DNA from: a virus | IMG/VR virus record: IMGVR_UViG_2049941001_000001 | Location: 1 to 57,118 of that record | DNA: 57,118 nt | Strand: one strand, 5' to 3' | Shown: positions 33,883 to 42,791 of the stretch, piece after piece | Numbering within the stretch: the stretch's first letter is position 1 | Layout of the letters: each line of letters opens with the position of its first letter | The notes under the pieces: model-generated | What the model saw: only the letters and a program-made list of their open reading frames with translations | Databases searched by the model: none | What the model was told of the DNA's origin: nothing | Position numbers and translations under genes: made by a program

Positions 33883-34125
33883 ATGGCTGTTTTATCTTTC
33901 CCGTTTGCCGCGAAGTATAAGGGGCGCTGGTACGCCCCTTCCGCTTCGTTTACAGCCGATGATTCTGACGTGGATAAACTTACCGCCATTGGCGCGAAAG
34001 TGCTCTCACAAAAGCAGGAAGCGCCGGAATCTATATCCACAGCAAAGCCTCCCTGGAAACCGGCTGGCAGAGGCGCAAGATCGTCTAAGCCCTATAAAAT
34101 TCCTTCTCCCACAAAGAAAGGATAA
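33883..34125 (+). CDS. Hypothetical protein
   Basis: ORF track. Confidence 0.5.
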   Translation: MAVLSFPFAAKYKGRWYAPSASFTADDSDVDKLTAIGAKVLSQKQEAPESISTAKPPWKPAGRGARSSKPYKIPSPTKKG

Positions 34126-34137
34126 TCAAGGACAATT

Positions 34138-34461
34138 ATGGCCGCATTAACACAGCTTCAAAAACTGAAACTCTGGCTTGACATGCCGGATTCTGATACC
34201 GACCACGATCAAAAACTCCAGCTCATGCTTGATCGCGCGGAAAGCGTTATCAAGCACCGTCGCAACTGGCCGGAGGAAGAACCGATGGAACCGCGCTGGA
34301 ACGAATTGCAGATTCAGATTGCGCTTTTCCTTTGGAACAAGCAGGGAGCGGAGGGCGAAACGCAGCACACTGAAAACGGTGTGTCGCGCTCCTACGAGAA
34401 TTCCGATATTCCGGCTTCTTTGCTCAACGACATAACTCCGTTTGTGGTGGTCGTGACATGA
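34138..34461 (+). CDS. Head-tail connector (gp6-like)
   Basis: Size, position and the LKLWL...D.D....LQLMLDRAE pattern. Confidence 0.55.
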   Translation: MAALTQLQKLKLWLDMPDSDTDHDQKLQLMLDRAESVIKHRRNWPEEEPMEPRWNELQIQIALFLWNKQGAEGETQHTENGVSRSYENSDIPASLLNDITPFVVVVT

Positions 34462-34865
34462 GATCATTAACGCGAGATCAATTTCCAGTCTACATTTCAC
34501 AGCCACTTCCTCCGGCCGAAATCCTCGATCCTGATGGGAATGGGACCGGCAACTATGCCAACGCATGGGACGATCCGGTTCTCCTGCATCTGAACGTGAA
34601 GCCCATCACGGATCAGCTGGAACGGCAGGCGTTCGGCACTGACGTTAAAAGTGTCCTGAAAGCGGTTTTCACGCCGTTTGACGTTGACGGATACCAAATG
34701 ACCGAAAACAGCGCCGTGTGGATTGGCGTTGAGCCAAATGGCATTTTAACCGATGCCGACCATCTCCATCCGATGAATCACAACTACACCGTGGACCAGA
34801 TCATCGACACGGGCGGGCAGATTACCGTGTATTTCAAAAAGATTGCGGGAGCACCGAAAGCATGA
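34458..34865 (+). CDS. Head-tail joining/head closure protein
   Basis: Position; coupled to its neighbours. Confidence 0.45.
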   Translation: MRSLTRDQFPVYISQPLPPAEILDPDGNGTGNYANAWDDPVLLHLNVKPITDQLERQAFGTDVKSVLKAVFTPFDVDGYQMTENSAVWIGVEPNGILTDADHLHPMNHNYTVDQIIDTGGQITVYFKKIAGAPKA

Positions 34866-35350
34866 GCGAGACAATCTCTTTCAACGTGTTCAGTCGAAGC
34901 TCTATTGCAAAGGCAAAGGAGCGCCTCACCAAGATCCAGCAGAAGGTTGAGGGAGGTTCCGCAGATGCCGTCAGAAATCTCACGCAGGCCGGGTACGAGT
35001 ATATGCTTACGCTTGCACCCGTGGAAAGCGGAGAGCTTTCCGAAAGTATTACGTGGGAATACGACGAGCAAACCAACACCGGCAGAATCCTTGTTGGTGC
35101 TGACTATGCGCTGTTTGTTGAGTACGGAACTGGAATTGTCGGCGCAAGCAATCCACATCCAGAACCGGCTCCCGGCTGGACTTACGACGTGAACGCACAC
35201 GGAGAAAAAGGTTGGACGTACTTCGACGCGAAGCAGAACCGTTACCGTTGGACGAAAGGCGAACCGGCCCATGCTTTCGTATACAAGACGCGGGAGTACA
35301 TGAAGTCGATTGCGGATGAAAAGTTGAGGGTGGCGATGGCTGGTGCTTGA
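34862..35350 (+). CDS. HK97 gp10-family protein
   Basis: APVESGELSESI ... ADYALFVEYGTG pattern. Confidence 0.6.
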   Translation: MSETISFNVFSRSSIAKAKERLTKIQQKVEGGSADAVRNLTQAGYEYMLTLAPVESGELSESITWEYDEQTNTGRILVGADYALFVEYGTGIVGASNPHPEPAPGWTYDVNAHGEKGWTYFDAKQNRYRWTKGEPAHAFVYKTREYMKSIADEKLRVAMAGA

Positions 35351-35738
35351 TCTTACGAATTCCATCTACACGCAGATAAAGGCGGTAACCGTTGCCCTAT
35401 ATCCCACCGCCATTGTCCAGAAGCAGAATCAGCAATCCCCTGCATCGTTTCCCTGTGTGCTTATTGACGATCTCGGAAACCCGGAAATCGGCAGGAATTT
35501 GAGCGGCACAGGAAAACAGTCGAACCCTTCGTGGCAGATCGACATTTACGCGAACGGGAGCACAGGGGAGATCGTTGCAAAGAAAATCCGCGACGCCATT
35601 ATACCAGTCTGCGAGGACAATTTCTTTCTGCACCGGGACGATTCCCGACACACCACAAATGTTGCGGACGTGACTATTTATCGCTGGACTTTGCGGTATT
35701 CCTGCAAAGTTGACGAGGAAAACCAATATATCTACTGA
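35343..35738 (+). CDS. Tail completion/terminator protein (DUF3168-like), GTG start
   Basis: Position; ASFPCVLIDD pattern. Confidence 0.45.
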   Translation: MLDLTNSIYTQIKAVTVALYPTAIVQKQNQQSPASFPCVLIDDLGNPEIGRNLSGTGKQSNPSWQIDIYANGSTGEIVAKKIRDAIIPVCEDNFFLHRDDSRHTTNVADVTIYRWTLRYSCKVDEENQYIY

Positions 35739-35748
35739 CCCGTAAAGT

Positions 35749-35785
35749 AAACAGAGCGCCTTAGAGTGCCATATCTGTTTTGCTT
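35749..35785 (+). terminator. Weak terminator-like hairpin carrying tandem AGAGCGCC / AGAGTGCC
   Basis: 7-bp stem AAACAGA/TCTGTTT enclosing both motif copies (35753, 35763); T-rich tail. Confidence 0.4.
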
Positions 35786-35806
35786 GACTGAATGGGGGAA
35801 CACTCT

Positions 35807-36250
35807 ATGCCTACTGCTACACCTACGGCAATTTCGGATGTCAATACCTTTTTGTATGCCGAAACCGCAACTGCCGGTACATATGCAAAGCTGATTGACA
35901 TTACGTCGGCCCCGGCCACTGGTTCCGCGCCGAAAACTCTTGACACGACCACGCTGTCCGATGCTTACTCTACTTCGATTCCAGACCGTCCCGAAACTCC
36001 GTCCTACGAGTTTGAGTACAAGTACACGGGCGCGAATTTTGCAACGGTAACGGCGGCGATTAGCCTGACGGAAGATAAGAACTACCTGATTGTCTATCAG
36101 GACGGCTCTGGCGAGAAGTTCACCGGGCGCGGCTCTACGTGGAAGAAAGAAGTCAGCGTCGGCCAGGTTGTCAAGGCCGGTCTTGCGTTCGCGGTTTCTT
36201 CGCATGAACACGTTGAAGATACCGCCTCTCTGACTGGCGGCGGAACCTGA
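35807..36250 (+). CDS. Major tail protein
   Basis: About 147 aa; position upstream of the chaperone and tape measure; GGGGGA RBS. Confidence 0.65.
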   Translation: MPTATPTAISDVNTFLYAETATAGTYAKLIDITSAPATGSAPKTLDTTTLSDAYSTSIPDRPETPSYEFEYKYTGANFATVTAAISLTEDKNYLIVYQDGSGEKFTGRGSTWKKEVSVGQVVKAGLAFAVSSHEHVEDTASLTGGGT

Positions 36251-36265
36251 TTATTAAGAAATTAA

Positions 36266-36291
36266 GCCGTTCTCTTGCATAAGAGGGCGGC
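36266..36291 (+). terminator. Stable hairpin after the major tail gene (no clear U-run)
   Basis: 11-bp stem GCCGTTCTCTT/AAGAGGGCGGC, loop GCAT. Confidence 0.4.
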
Positions 36292-36338
36292 TATCGCGTC
36301 CCTATTAAAACTATTTTGAATACGGAGGAATAAATTCT

Positions 36339-36674
36339 ATGGCAGCTTTTGACATTTCCGTTGGGGATAAAACTTACAAGATGTTCTACGACCGCCGCTC
36401 TGTCCGGCAATTTGAAGAAATTGGCGGCAATTTGTCCGATATGAAAGAGAAGATTTTCAGTTCGACTGACCGCCTGTTCTATGTCGGACTTCGGAAGTTC
36501 CATCCGGCCATCAGTTTTTCGGAAGCGCAGGAACTTTCCGATAAGGCTTTGGAAGAACACGGCATTGAAGAAGTGTACGGCGTTCTGTCCGACAGGTTTA
36601 TGGAGGTTTTTACGCAGGGCGAGAACAGCTCTCCGACGAAGGGCTTTCTCGTGAGTACGAAAGCCAAAGCGTAA
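36339..36674 (+). CDS. Tail assembly chaperone (G-like)
   Basis: Position immediately before the tape measure. Confidence 0.65.
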   Translation: MAAFDISVGDKTYKMFYDRRSVRQFEEIGGNLSDMKEKIFSSTDRLFYVGLRKFHPAISFSEAQELSDKALEEHGIEEVYGVLSDRFMEVFTQGENSSPTKGFLVSTKAKA

Positions 36675-37111
36675 CCTCTCGGTCAACCAAAGACTTTTCG
36701 ATCACCGAATACTTTGAGAACGAGCTTTTCCCGGACGCCATTATCGTTGGCTGTTCTGCGCATGATTTTTGGGATGAAGATCCAAAGCTATTCTGGACGT
36801 ATTGCAAGGCGTACAAGACGAGCAAAGAGGCAGAAGCAAAGATATGGCAGGCGAGGACAAATACGTCCGCTTGGCTTGCAGGGCTATACGTATCGCAGGC
36901 TATAGGCGCTTGCTTCGTAAAAGGATGCAGCTATCCTCAAAAGCCGCTTCATTTGTTTGCAGACGACGGGTTAGAATCGGAAGCAAAGGAATCCCTGCCG
37001 CAACCCGACCCCGTGCAGGAAAGCATACGAGCGCAGTCTATCCAGATTGATGCCTTGCTTGCGAGAGACGGAAAGCCCGTCCCGGAAACGCGCGGTGCAA
37101 AACGTACATAA
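36339..37111 (+). CDS. Tail assembly chaperone -1 frameshift fusion (GT-like)
   Basis: The -1 frame is open from 36569 to TAA 37109-11 (about 180 codons) with no ATG/GTG/TTG start near its 5' end; candidate slip site G_GTT_TTT at 36605-36611. Confidence 0.55.
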
Positions 37112-37118
37112 CGTACAC

Positions 37119-37162
37119 AGAGCTTCTTTGAGAGCCGTGCAAACCGCATTGGCTCTCTTTTT
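37119..37162 (+). terminator. Intrinsic terminator (degenerate AGAGC family)
   Basis: AGAGCTTC then GAGAGCC/GGCTCTC 7-bp stem plus TTTTT. Confidence 0.65.
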
Positions 37163-37179
37163 ACATAGGTGGTGGTAAC

Positions 37180-40100
37180 ATGCCCGACGATCTTACAATT
37201 GAAGTTACCGGTTCGGCGGAAAAGGCCGCGTCCGCGCTGGATAAAATCATTCAGAAGATCAGCGACTTGCAGGCCAAATTTGATGCAGCCGCCCCGTCTG
37301 TCTCTAAATTTGCCGACAGGATGAACGAGATTGCTTCGTCCTCAAAGGCGTTCTCGGCGTTTCAAAAAATGGCGGTTGGGATGGACAAAACGGTTCTTTC
37401 CGCCAAAAACGCGGAATCTCGCATGGCCATGTATCAAGCGCGGCTCGACCGTGCAAACGCTTCCATGGAAAGGTCCCGCGTCCAGTCCGATAAGCTAGCG
37501 GCTTCGCAAAGGAAGCTGGCGGAAGTTCAAAGCATGGTTGCCAGCAACAGCGCGGCGTTTTCCATGCCTGCCGACAAATTCGCAGAAAAGTTCAATATGA
37601 ACAATGGAAACTCCGGAACCAATTACACGCCGGAATCTCCCGCAGATACTTATGTGCCTCCCGTTACGTCAGCGGGTACAAAGCCTCCGATGGAGCAGTT
37701 TTTCGGATCCTCTCCAAAAACGCAGTCTATTCGTTTCGACACGTCGCAGGCGCAGTCTGCGGTTGAGCGACTTGGAAACTGGATTGACGGTCTCAACCCT
37801 CAAATTGCGCATATGTCGTCGGAAGCGCAGTCCAGATTTAACGAACTTTCCGCACAATTGATGCGCACCGGGCAGCAAATTGACAATCTAAGTGCGATTT
37901 ACCATCGCCTCTCCGTCCGGTCCGGAGAAGTTGCGGCCAAGAGCGGAGAATCGAGCACAGCCTATCTGCAGCTTGAAAAGCGTATGCTTGCAAACGCTTC
38001 CGCGTCCGATCGGCTCGGTTCGAAACAGGAAAAGCTAAAGGCCAAAATGTCCGAAATTGCATCTGCATCTAACCGGGCTTCCATGGGGCTATCAGGACTA
38101 GGCCGAAGCGCAGAATCTGCGTCACAACGTTCATCGCGAGGGTTTTCCAACCTTCTAAAGGTATTCAGCCGGATGGCGGCCTATATGGTCGTATTTCAGG
38201 CGTACCGTGTCCTTGCGCAGGGCATAGTGACTGGAATTCAGAACATGTCGCTTGCGAACGTCCAAGCTAATTCCACCATGTCCGCTCTCGCAACAAACTC
38301 CCTATATCTCCAAAATAGCATTGCCGCCGCGCTTATGCCAGCGTTGCAAGCCCTAGTTCCCACTATAAATCAGGTTACGGACGCTCTTGCCAATGTGTTT
38401 AACACCATCGGAATGTTGACGGCGCGCATTTTCAATCATGCTTCGACAGTCACTATCGCTAAACGGGCAAATGTTGACTATGCCGCCACGTTGGATAAGA
38501 CAAAGAAGTCGGCCGACGCGGCAAAAAAATCTTTGATGGGTTTTGACGAATTAAATATCCTTAATGAGCAAAAAGCAAACGAAGGAGTAACCTCTCCTGG
38601 CATGCCGTCGTATGATGCCATGTTTGAAACCGTTAAGGTGCCAGATTGGGTAGAATGGGTTGGCCAGATAACGGACAAAATTCAAAATCTTATCAAAACC
38701 AATATCGATACCATCACAAGGCTCTTGAGATTGGCCCCGCTGGTAGTTGGCGCAATCTTAGCGTTTTCTGGGGCAAACGTGCCCCTTGGAATAGGGCTTA
38801 TGGCTGTTGGCGCTGTGCTAATGGCTAAACAGGCAAAAGAGGATTGGGACTATCTGACAAATAAGACAAATTCCAGCTTGGATAAGACAAAAAGAATTCT
38901 GCAAATTGTTGGGGCTGTCGAGCTGGCCCTTGGCGCAATCTTAGCGTTTTCTGGGGCAAACGTGCCCCTTGGAATAGGGCTTATGATCGGAGGAATAACC
39001 ACTACGGCTGCTACCTTAAATTGGGATAGCATGGGTGAGCAGTTAAAAACCACCATTGGAAAGATCAGTTTTGCTGCTGGAGATGCAATGCTTGTGATTG
39101 GCTCTCTCTTGACTTTCTCGGGCGCAAACGTGCCGCTCGGGATCGGGTTAATGATAGGTGGAGCAACAACACTAGCAGCAGCGGCGGTGGTAAATTGGAA
39201 TGCCATGAACAACCAATTAAAAGACACAATCGGCAAGATTGCGATAGCCGTTGGCGCAGAACTTCTTGTGCTTGGCGCTGTGCTCACATTTTCTGGGGCG
39301 AACCTTCCGGCAGGCATAGGCTTAATGGCGGTTGGAGCTGCACATTTGGCAGTTGCCGCCGTATTAAATTGGGATTCCGTAAAAGGAAGCGTACAACACG
39401 TTCTGACAGAAATTACTAAGATGCTGGGAATCTCTTTGCTTCCCATTGGCGCGGCTTTAGCTTTTTCCGGAGCAAATATCCCATTAGGCATAGGGCTTAT
39501 GGCGGCAGGCGCGGTTAGTTTGGCGGCTTCTGCGGCGTTGAATTGGGATTCCGTAAAAAATCAAGTCAAAACCGTCTTAACAGACATATTGGCTATTGCT
39601 TCTGCTTCTTCCGTTGCAATAGGGCTTATTCTTTGTTTGACCGGTGCCGGAATACCATTGGGCGTCGGGCTTATCATAGCCGGTCTTGCTGGAAGCAAAC
39701 TAGCAAAAGTTATTAGTACGGATCCTATCACTAATTGGGCGCAAAACTTGGTGGACAGGATCGTTGGCGTCTTTAGCAAAGGCGTTGACGCGATAACCAA
39801 AAAGTACAAAGAAGCCGGGAAAGGCTTAGGCGGCTCCGGATTTGAGGGCGGCGGCGGAGGATTTGGCGGCGGTAGCGGCGGCATCAGAGACGCGGCGGGC
39901 ACCGCCTTCCATCCGGGCGGTCCAGCGTTGGTAAACGATCAGCTTGGCCCGATCTATCAAGAGCTGGTGCATTTGCCGAACGGACTGTCATTTATCCCGA
40001 GCGGCAGAAACGTCCTTATTCCGGACCTGCCGCGCGGGTCGAGCGTGTTAAACGCCGCTGAAACTCAAAAGCTGTTCCCGCATTACGCAGAGGGTTCCGG

Positions 40101-40323
40101 AAGCCTTTTAGCAAGGCCAATCTTAGATCAAAACGGACGGTCCGAGAGTAACACCGATGTTTTGGCAAGAATGGACGGCATTTCTGAACGATTAGAAAAG
40201 CTTGAAAAAGCAATTCTCGCGCAACCCGTCAAACTCTATGCCGACAGCCGGGAAATCGCAAGAGCCGCCAACGACGGCAACCGAATCCTTGAACGCAGAC
40301 AGCACCCAATCGCATCAACATAA
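37180..40323 (+). CDS. Tape measure protein with a hydrophobic repeat array
   Basis: 1047 aa; about 7 repeats of L(A/T)FSGAN(V/I/L)P(L/A)GIGLM; coiled-coil N-terminus. Confidence 0.85.
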   Translation: MPDDLTIEVTGSAEKAASALDKIIQKISDLQAKFDAAAPSVSKFADRMNEIASSSKAFSAFQKMAVGMDKTVLSAKNAESRMAMYQARLDRANASMERSRVQSDKLAASQRKLAEVQSMVASNSAAFSMPADKFAEKFNMNNGNSGTNYTPESPADTYVPPVTSAGTKPPMEQFFGSSPKTQSIRFDTSQAQSAVERLGNWIDGLNPQIAHMSSEAQSRFNELSAQLMRTGQQIDNLSAIYHRLSVRSGEVAAKSGESSTAYLQLEKRMLANASASDRLGSKQEKLKAKMSEIASASNRASMGLSGLGRSAESASQRSSRGFSNLLKVFSRMAAYMVVFQAYRVLAQGIVTGIQNMSLANVQANSTMSALATNSLYLQNSIAAALMPALQALVPTINQVTDALANVFNTIGMLTARIFNHASTVTIAKRANVDYAATLDKTKKSADAAKKSLMGFDELNILNEQKANEGVTSPGMPSYDAMFETVKVPDWVEWVGQITDKIQNLIKTNIDTITRLLRLAPLVVGAILAFSGANVPLGIGLMAVGAVLMAKQAKEDWDYLTNKTNSSLDKTKRILQIVGAVELALGAILAFSGANVPLGIGLMIGGITTTAATLNWDSMGEQLKTTIGKISFAAGDAMLVIGSLLTFSGANVPLGIGLMIGGATTLAAAAVVNWNAMNNQLKDTIGKIAIAVGAELLVLGAVLTFSGANLPAGIGLMAVGAAHLAVAAVLNWDSVKGSVQHVLTEITKMLGISLLPIGAALAFSGANIPLGIGLMAAGAVSLAASAALNWDSVKNQVKTVLTDILAIASASSVAIGLILCLTGAGIPLGVGLIIAGLAGSKLAKVISTDPITNWAQNLVDRIVGVFSKGVDAITKKYKEAGKGLGGSGFEGGGGGFGGGSGGIRDAAGTAFHPGGPALVNDQLGPIYQELVHLPNGLSFIPSGRNVLIPDLPRGSSVLNAAETQKLFPHYAEGSGSLLARPILDQNGRSESNTDVLARMDGISERLEKLEKAILAQPVKLYADSREIARAANDGNRILERRQHPIAST

Positions 40324-40366
40324 TAAAATAGGGCGGCATGAGCCGCCCGGAAAGAGGTAGTTTACC

Positions 40367-40603
40367 ATGTCAGAGATCAAAATTGTGCAGGACGGATGTT
40401 GCTCAACACGCGTCTTCATTGACGGAAAGGAAATTCATGGTATTCGAAAAATGTCATTTGAACGTGATGCGACAGCGCAGGACAAGGTGCCAGTACTCAA
40501 ACTGGACGTGATTGCCGCCAATATGACGGTCGATTTTCCGGGAGTGCCAGAGCTTCCAGACGTTCTCAAACCGTATTATGTAAAGAAAGAATCCGCGTCT
40601 TAA
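40367..40603 (+). CDS. Hypothetical protein
   Basis: ORF track; GAGG RBS. Confidence 0.5.
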   Translation: MSEIKIVQDGCCSTRVFIDGKEIHGIRKMSFERDATAQDKVPVLKLDVIAANMTVDFPGVPELPDVLKPYYVKKESAS

Positions 40604-40803
40604 ACAAACATAATTTGCGGCGCGTCCTTAAAAATTTGGCATTCCCCGACGTAAGGGCAAACGCTTGCGTTACTGCATTTGTTTCTTCCTTTGAGATATT
40701 CCGTTTTGCTTAAATCAGAATTGTCTAAATACTCTATCTCTGCCGAAGCGTCACAGTTTTTCATCTTGCAGAATCCGCCTATCATTTTAATCATCACAAT
40801 CAT
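40600..40803 (-). CDS. Small Cys-rich protein
   Basis: Six Cys (FCKMKNC...CSNASVCPYVGEC). Confidence 0.45.
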   Translation of the reverse strand: MIVMIKMIGGFCKMKNCDASAEIEYLDNSDLSKTEYLKGRNKCSNASVCPYVGECQIFKDAPQIMFV

Positions 40804-40875
40804 CTTCCTTTCCCCATAATTCTACATCACAATTTCTCATACTGCAATATAAAATTGCGAAAAGGCATAAAAATT

Positions 40876-40904
40876 GCAGGCGGCGACAAACCGTCTGCTT
40901 TTTT
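40876..40904. terminator. Bidirectional terminator
   Basis: 8-bp stem GCAGGCGG/CCGTCTGC flanked by a T-run on + and an A-run upstream. Confidence 0.6.
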
Positions 40905-40911
40905 GTTTACA

Positions 40912-41430
40912 TTAGAACTTTACTTCAATCGTTTTTGTCGTTTCTATATCGTGCGTGTTTTCGTCCATAAGATATAGCTTGAATCCTAGCTTTGTAATCT
41001 GGCTTGATGACTTTATGCCGGTTCCTTCGTATTGCCCAAAGAAAGTATGCGTCCGGTTGGTCTTGGGCTGAATGTCCATCGGTTCCCCGCTGTAGACCGA
41101 AAACGTCGTGCTGTTCACATAAGCGTCGTCCGGATATACCGAAATTTTCTGATCGGTTTTATTGTCAACCTTAATGTCAAAATAGAACATGCTTGGCATA
41201 TAAGATATGTCATATTTCTTTATGAACCATACGGATATTAACTTGTCTTCGTAGACCGCTTTGGCCTCGGCTTGCGATTCTGGCGCTTTTAATGGGCCGG
41301 CGGAAGACGCGCTAGATGGAACGGCTTGACCTGGCGCCTTCGATTCAGTAGAAGCAAGCGTGCTTACATCTGCACAGGCCGTTAGTGTGAATAAGCACAA
41401 GACTACCAAAGCAACCAATAATTTTCTCAT
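40912..41430 (-). CDS. Lipoprotein (moron; possible surface or exclusion function)
   Basis: Signal peptide with lipobox LTAC; beta-rich DUF4352-like body. Confidence 0.7.
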   Translation of the reverse strand: MRKLLVALVVLCLFTLTACADVSTLASTESKAPGQAVPSSASSAGPLKAPESQAEAKAVYEDKLISVWFIKKYDISYMPSMFYFDIKVDNKTDQKISVYPDDAYVNSTTFSVYSGEPMDIQPKTNRTHTFFGQYEGTGIKSSSQITKLGFKLYLMDENTHDIETTKTIEVKF

Positions 41431-41468
41431 AATAAACCCTCCGCTCGCATTATGCCCTATCTATCTTT

Positions 41469-41496
41469 ATTTTAGCACGGAGGGAAATTTTGTCAA
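41469..41496 (-). promoter_or_regulatory. Sigma-A promoter of the lipoprotein gene
   Basis: TTGACA-16 nt-TAAAAT with TGn on the minus strand. Confidence 0.7.
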
Positions 41497-41512
41497 CAAC
41501 GGGTAATTTCTA

Positions 41513-41540
41513 TTGAAAAATTCTTAGGCGGTGATATAAT
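41513..41540 (+). promoter_or_regulatory. Sigma-A promoter of the small-peptide transcript
   Basis: TTGAAA-16 nt-TATAAT with TGn. Confidence 0.7.
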
Positions 41541-41634
41541 GTAAGCGGACATGGGGCAAGGGTCGGTTCATCCTTTCTTTGGCAAAGGCTCTGTAGCAAG
41601 GGGGCTTGACCCTCAAAAGAAAGGATGTGGTTGC

Positions 41635-41718
41635 ATGGAACTAATTGTTGCAGCAACGATATTTTTGGTTGTCGCGACCGGCTACATAATAGTTTCCGGC
41701 AGACAGGCAAAAAAATAA
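41635..41718 (+). CDS. 27-aa hydrophobic peptide (type I toxin-like)
   Basis: MELIVAATIFLVVATGYIIVSGRQAKK; its SD lies inside the 12-bp duplex 41569-80/41616-27. Confidence 0.45.
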   Translation: MELIVAATIFLVVATGYIIVSGRQAKK

Positions 41719-41746
41719 CCGCCCCCGGCCAAAGGTTAGCGGTTAT
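41715..41746. terminator. Bidirectional terminator
   Basis: 8-bp stem ATAACCGC/GCGGTTAT; A7 upstream gives a U-run on the minus strand; TTAT downstream. Confidence 0.6.
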
Positions 41747-42018
41747 TTATCGTGCCTCGGGCTGTCCGCTAATGTGGATAGCCCCTTGTCTATTTATATT
41801 ATACACCCGCTTGTCAAGAGGGGGCAAAAATGGCAAGTGCGCTTCTAGCGTTGATCCTTGCCGGGATATTTCACTTTGTCGGCTGGCTCGGCGCAAAATT
41901 AGGGCTTTGATGGCTTTGGGGCCGCAAGGCTCTATTTTTTTTGCGTATTTTCCAGAGGCTATCAGATCATCCATGTAATCCAGCGCCTTTTTAGTTCCCA
42001 CCCTGTTAAGTGCGCTAA

Positions 42019-42393
42019 TTATGACTGCGGTGGAACCTGTGGCTTGCCGTAATTCTGCGTAAAAACCGAAATCAAGAAAACGGCGGCAAAAATCAGCGCA
42101 ATAATGCCCCATACGAGCAGGTCTTTGAATATGCCCGTGCTTGATACCCCGACAATACCGGCCAAAGCGTAAATGATGGTGGCGGCGATTGCCCCACCCT
42201 TAGACGCCCTCGCGGCAATGCCGACAATCCCAGCGACAATCAGTAGAATCGCAACAAATACACCCATGCCGCCACTGGCGTCTTTGGAATCGTTTGCTAA
42301 AGCCGTGCCGATCCCCGCCGCGCATGACTGAAACAGGACGACTAATGATAAGACGATGGAAACAATCCCGATGGTAAGTTTGGCCGTTTTCAT
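42019..42393 (-). CDS. Multi-pass small membrane protein
   Basis: Four hydrophobic segments; GGAGGAGGG RBS before ATG 42393. Confidence 0.65.
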   Translation of the reverse strand: MKTAKLTIGIVSIVLSLVVLFQSCAAGIGTALANDSKDASGGMGVFVAILLIVAGIVGIAARASKGGAIAATIIYALAGIVGVSSTGIFKDLLVWGIIALIFAAVFLISVFTQNYGKPQVPPQS

Positions 42394-42465
42394 ATATATC
42401 CCTCCTCCCATAATTCTACCATATTTTTCTAATAAGTCAATGCAAGAAAAGTTGAAAAGAAGTAC

Positions 42466-42493
42466 TTGACAAGTACCAATATAGTGCTATAAT
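42466..42493 (+). promoter_or_regulatory. Sigma-A promoter of the RHH-antirepressor operon
   Basis: TTGACA-16 nt-TATAAT with TGn. Confidence 0.75.
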
Positions 42494-42516
42494 AGTGCTT
42501 GTAAGGAGGTGACATA

Positions 42517-42669
42517 ATGTCCCCAAAAGCTATCGAGAACACCGAAAGAGTGAGCACTTACATTAGCGCCGAGCAGTTGAAAGAGTTTAAAGAGCGCGCC
42601 CGCGAAAAGGGAATGACAGTCAGCGGCTATATAAGATTGCTCATTATCGAGGAAATCTCAAAAAAATAA
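42517..42669 (+). CDS. Ribbon-helix-helix (Arc/CopG-like) protein, 50 aa
   Basis: RVSTYISAEQLKEFKERAREKGMTVSGYIRLLI fits beta-alpha-alpha; AAGGAGG RBS. Confidence 0.65.
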   Translation: MSPKAIENTERVSTYISAEQLKEFKERAREKGMTVSGYIRLLIIEEISKK

Positions 42670-42749
42670 CGGAATCGCCCTCCCGTGGAAAGTTGAGCGA
42701 AACCGTTACGAAGCGGTATTTCTACCTGTAAATATTATAATACGGGTAG

Positions 42750-42788
42750 ATACCACTTTCAACACAAATTTTGAAAGGTGGTATTTTT
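42750..42788 (+). terminator. Attenuator/terminator hairpin sequestering the antirepressor RBS
   Basis: 13-bp stem with one bulge, T5 tail; AAAGGTGG (SD) forms the 3' arm, ATG at 42792. Confidence 0.6.
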
Positions 42789-42791
42789 ATT

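Noticed and set aside
36266-36291. Seventh member of the AGAGCGCC terminator family
   Set aside because: The stem is GCCGTTCTCTT/AAGAGGGCGGC, which resembles the motif only loosely. It also lacks both the tandem upstream copy and a U-run.
41747-42112. ORF 41747..42112(-), with a HEAT-repeat-like stretch
   Set aside because: Its 5' part overlaps the well-supported membrane-protein gene in another frame. Its 3' part contains promoter-like boxes and runs into the bidirectional terminator. It is possibly a decayed fragment (an internal ATG would give about 75 aa), but I cannot support it as a gene.
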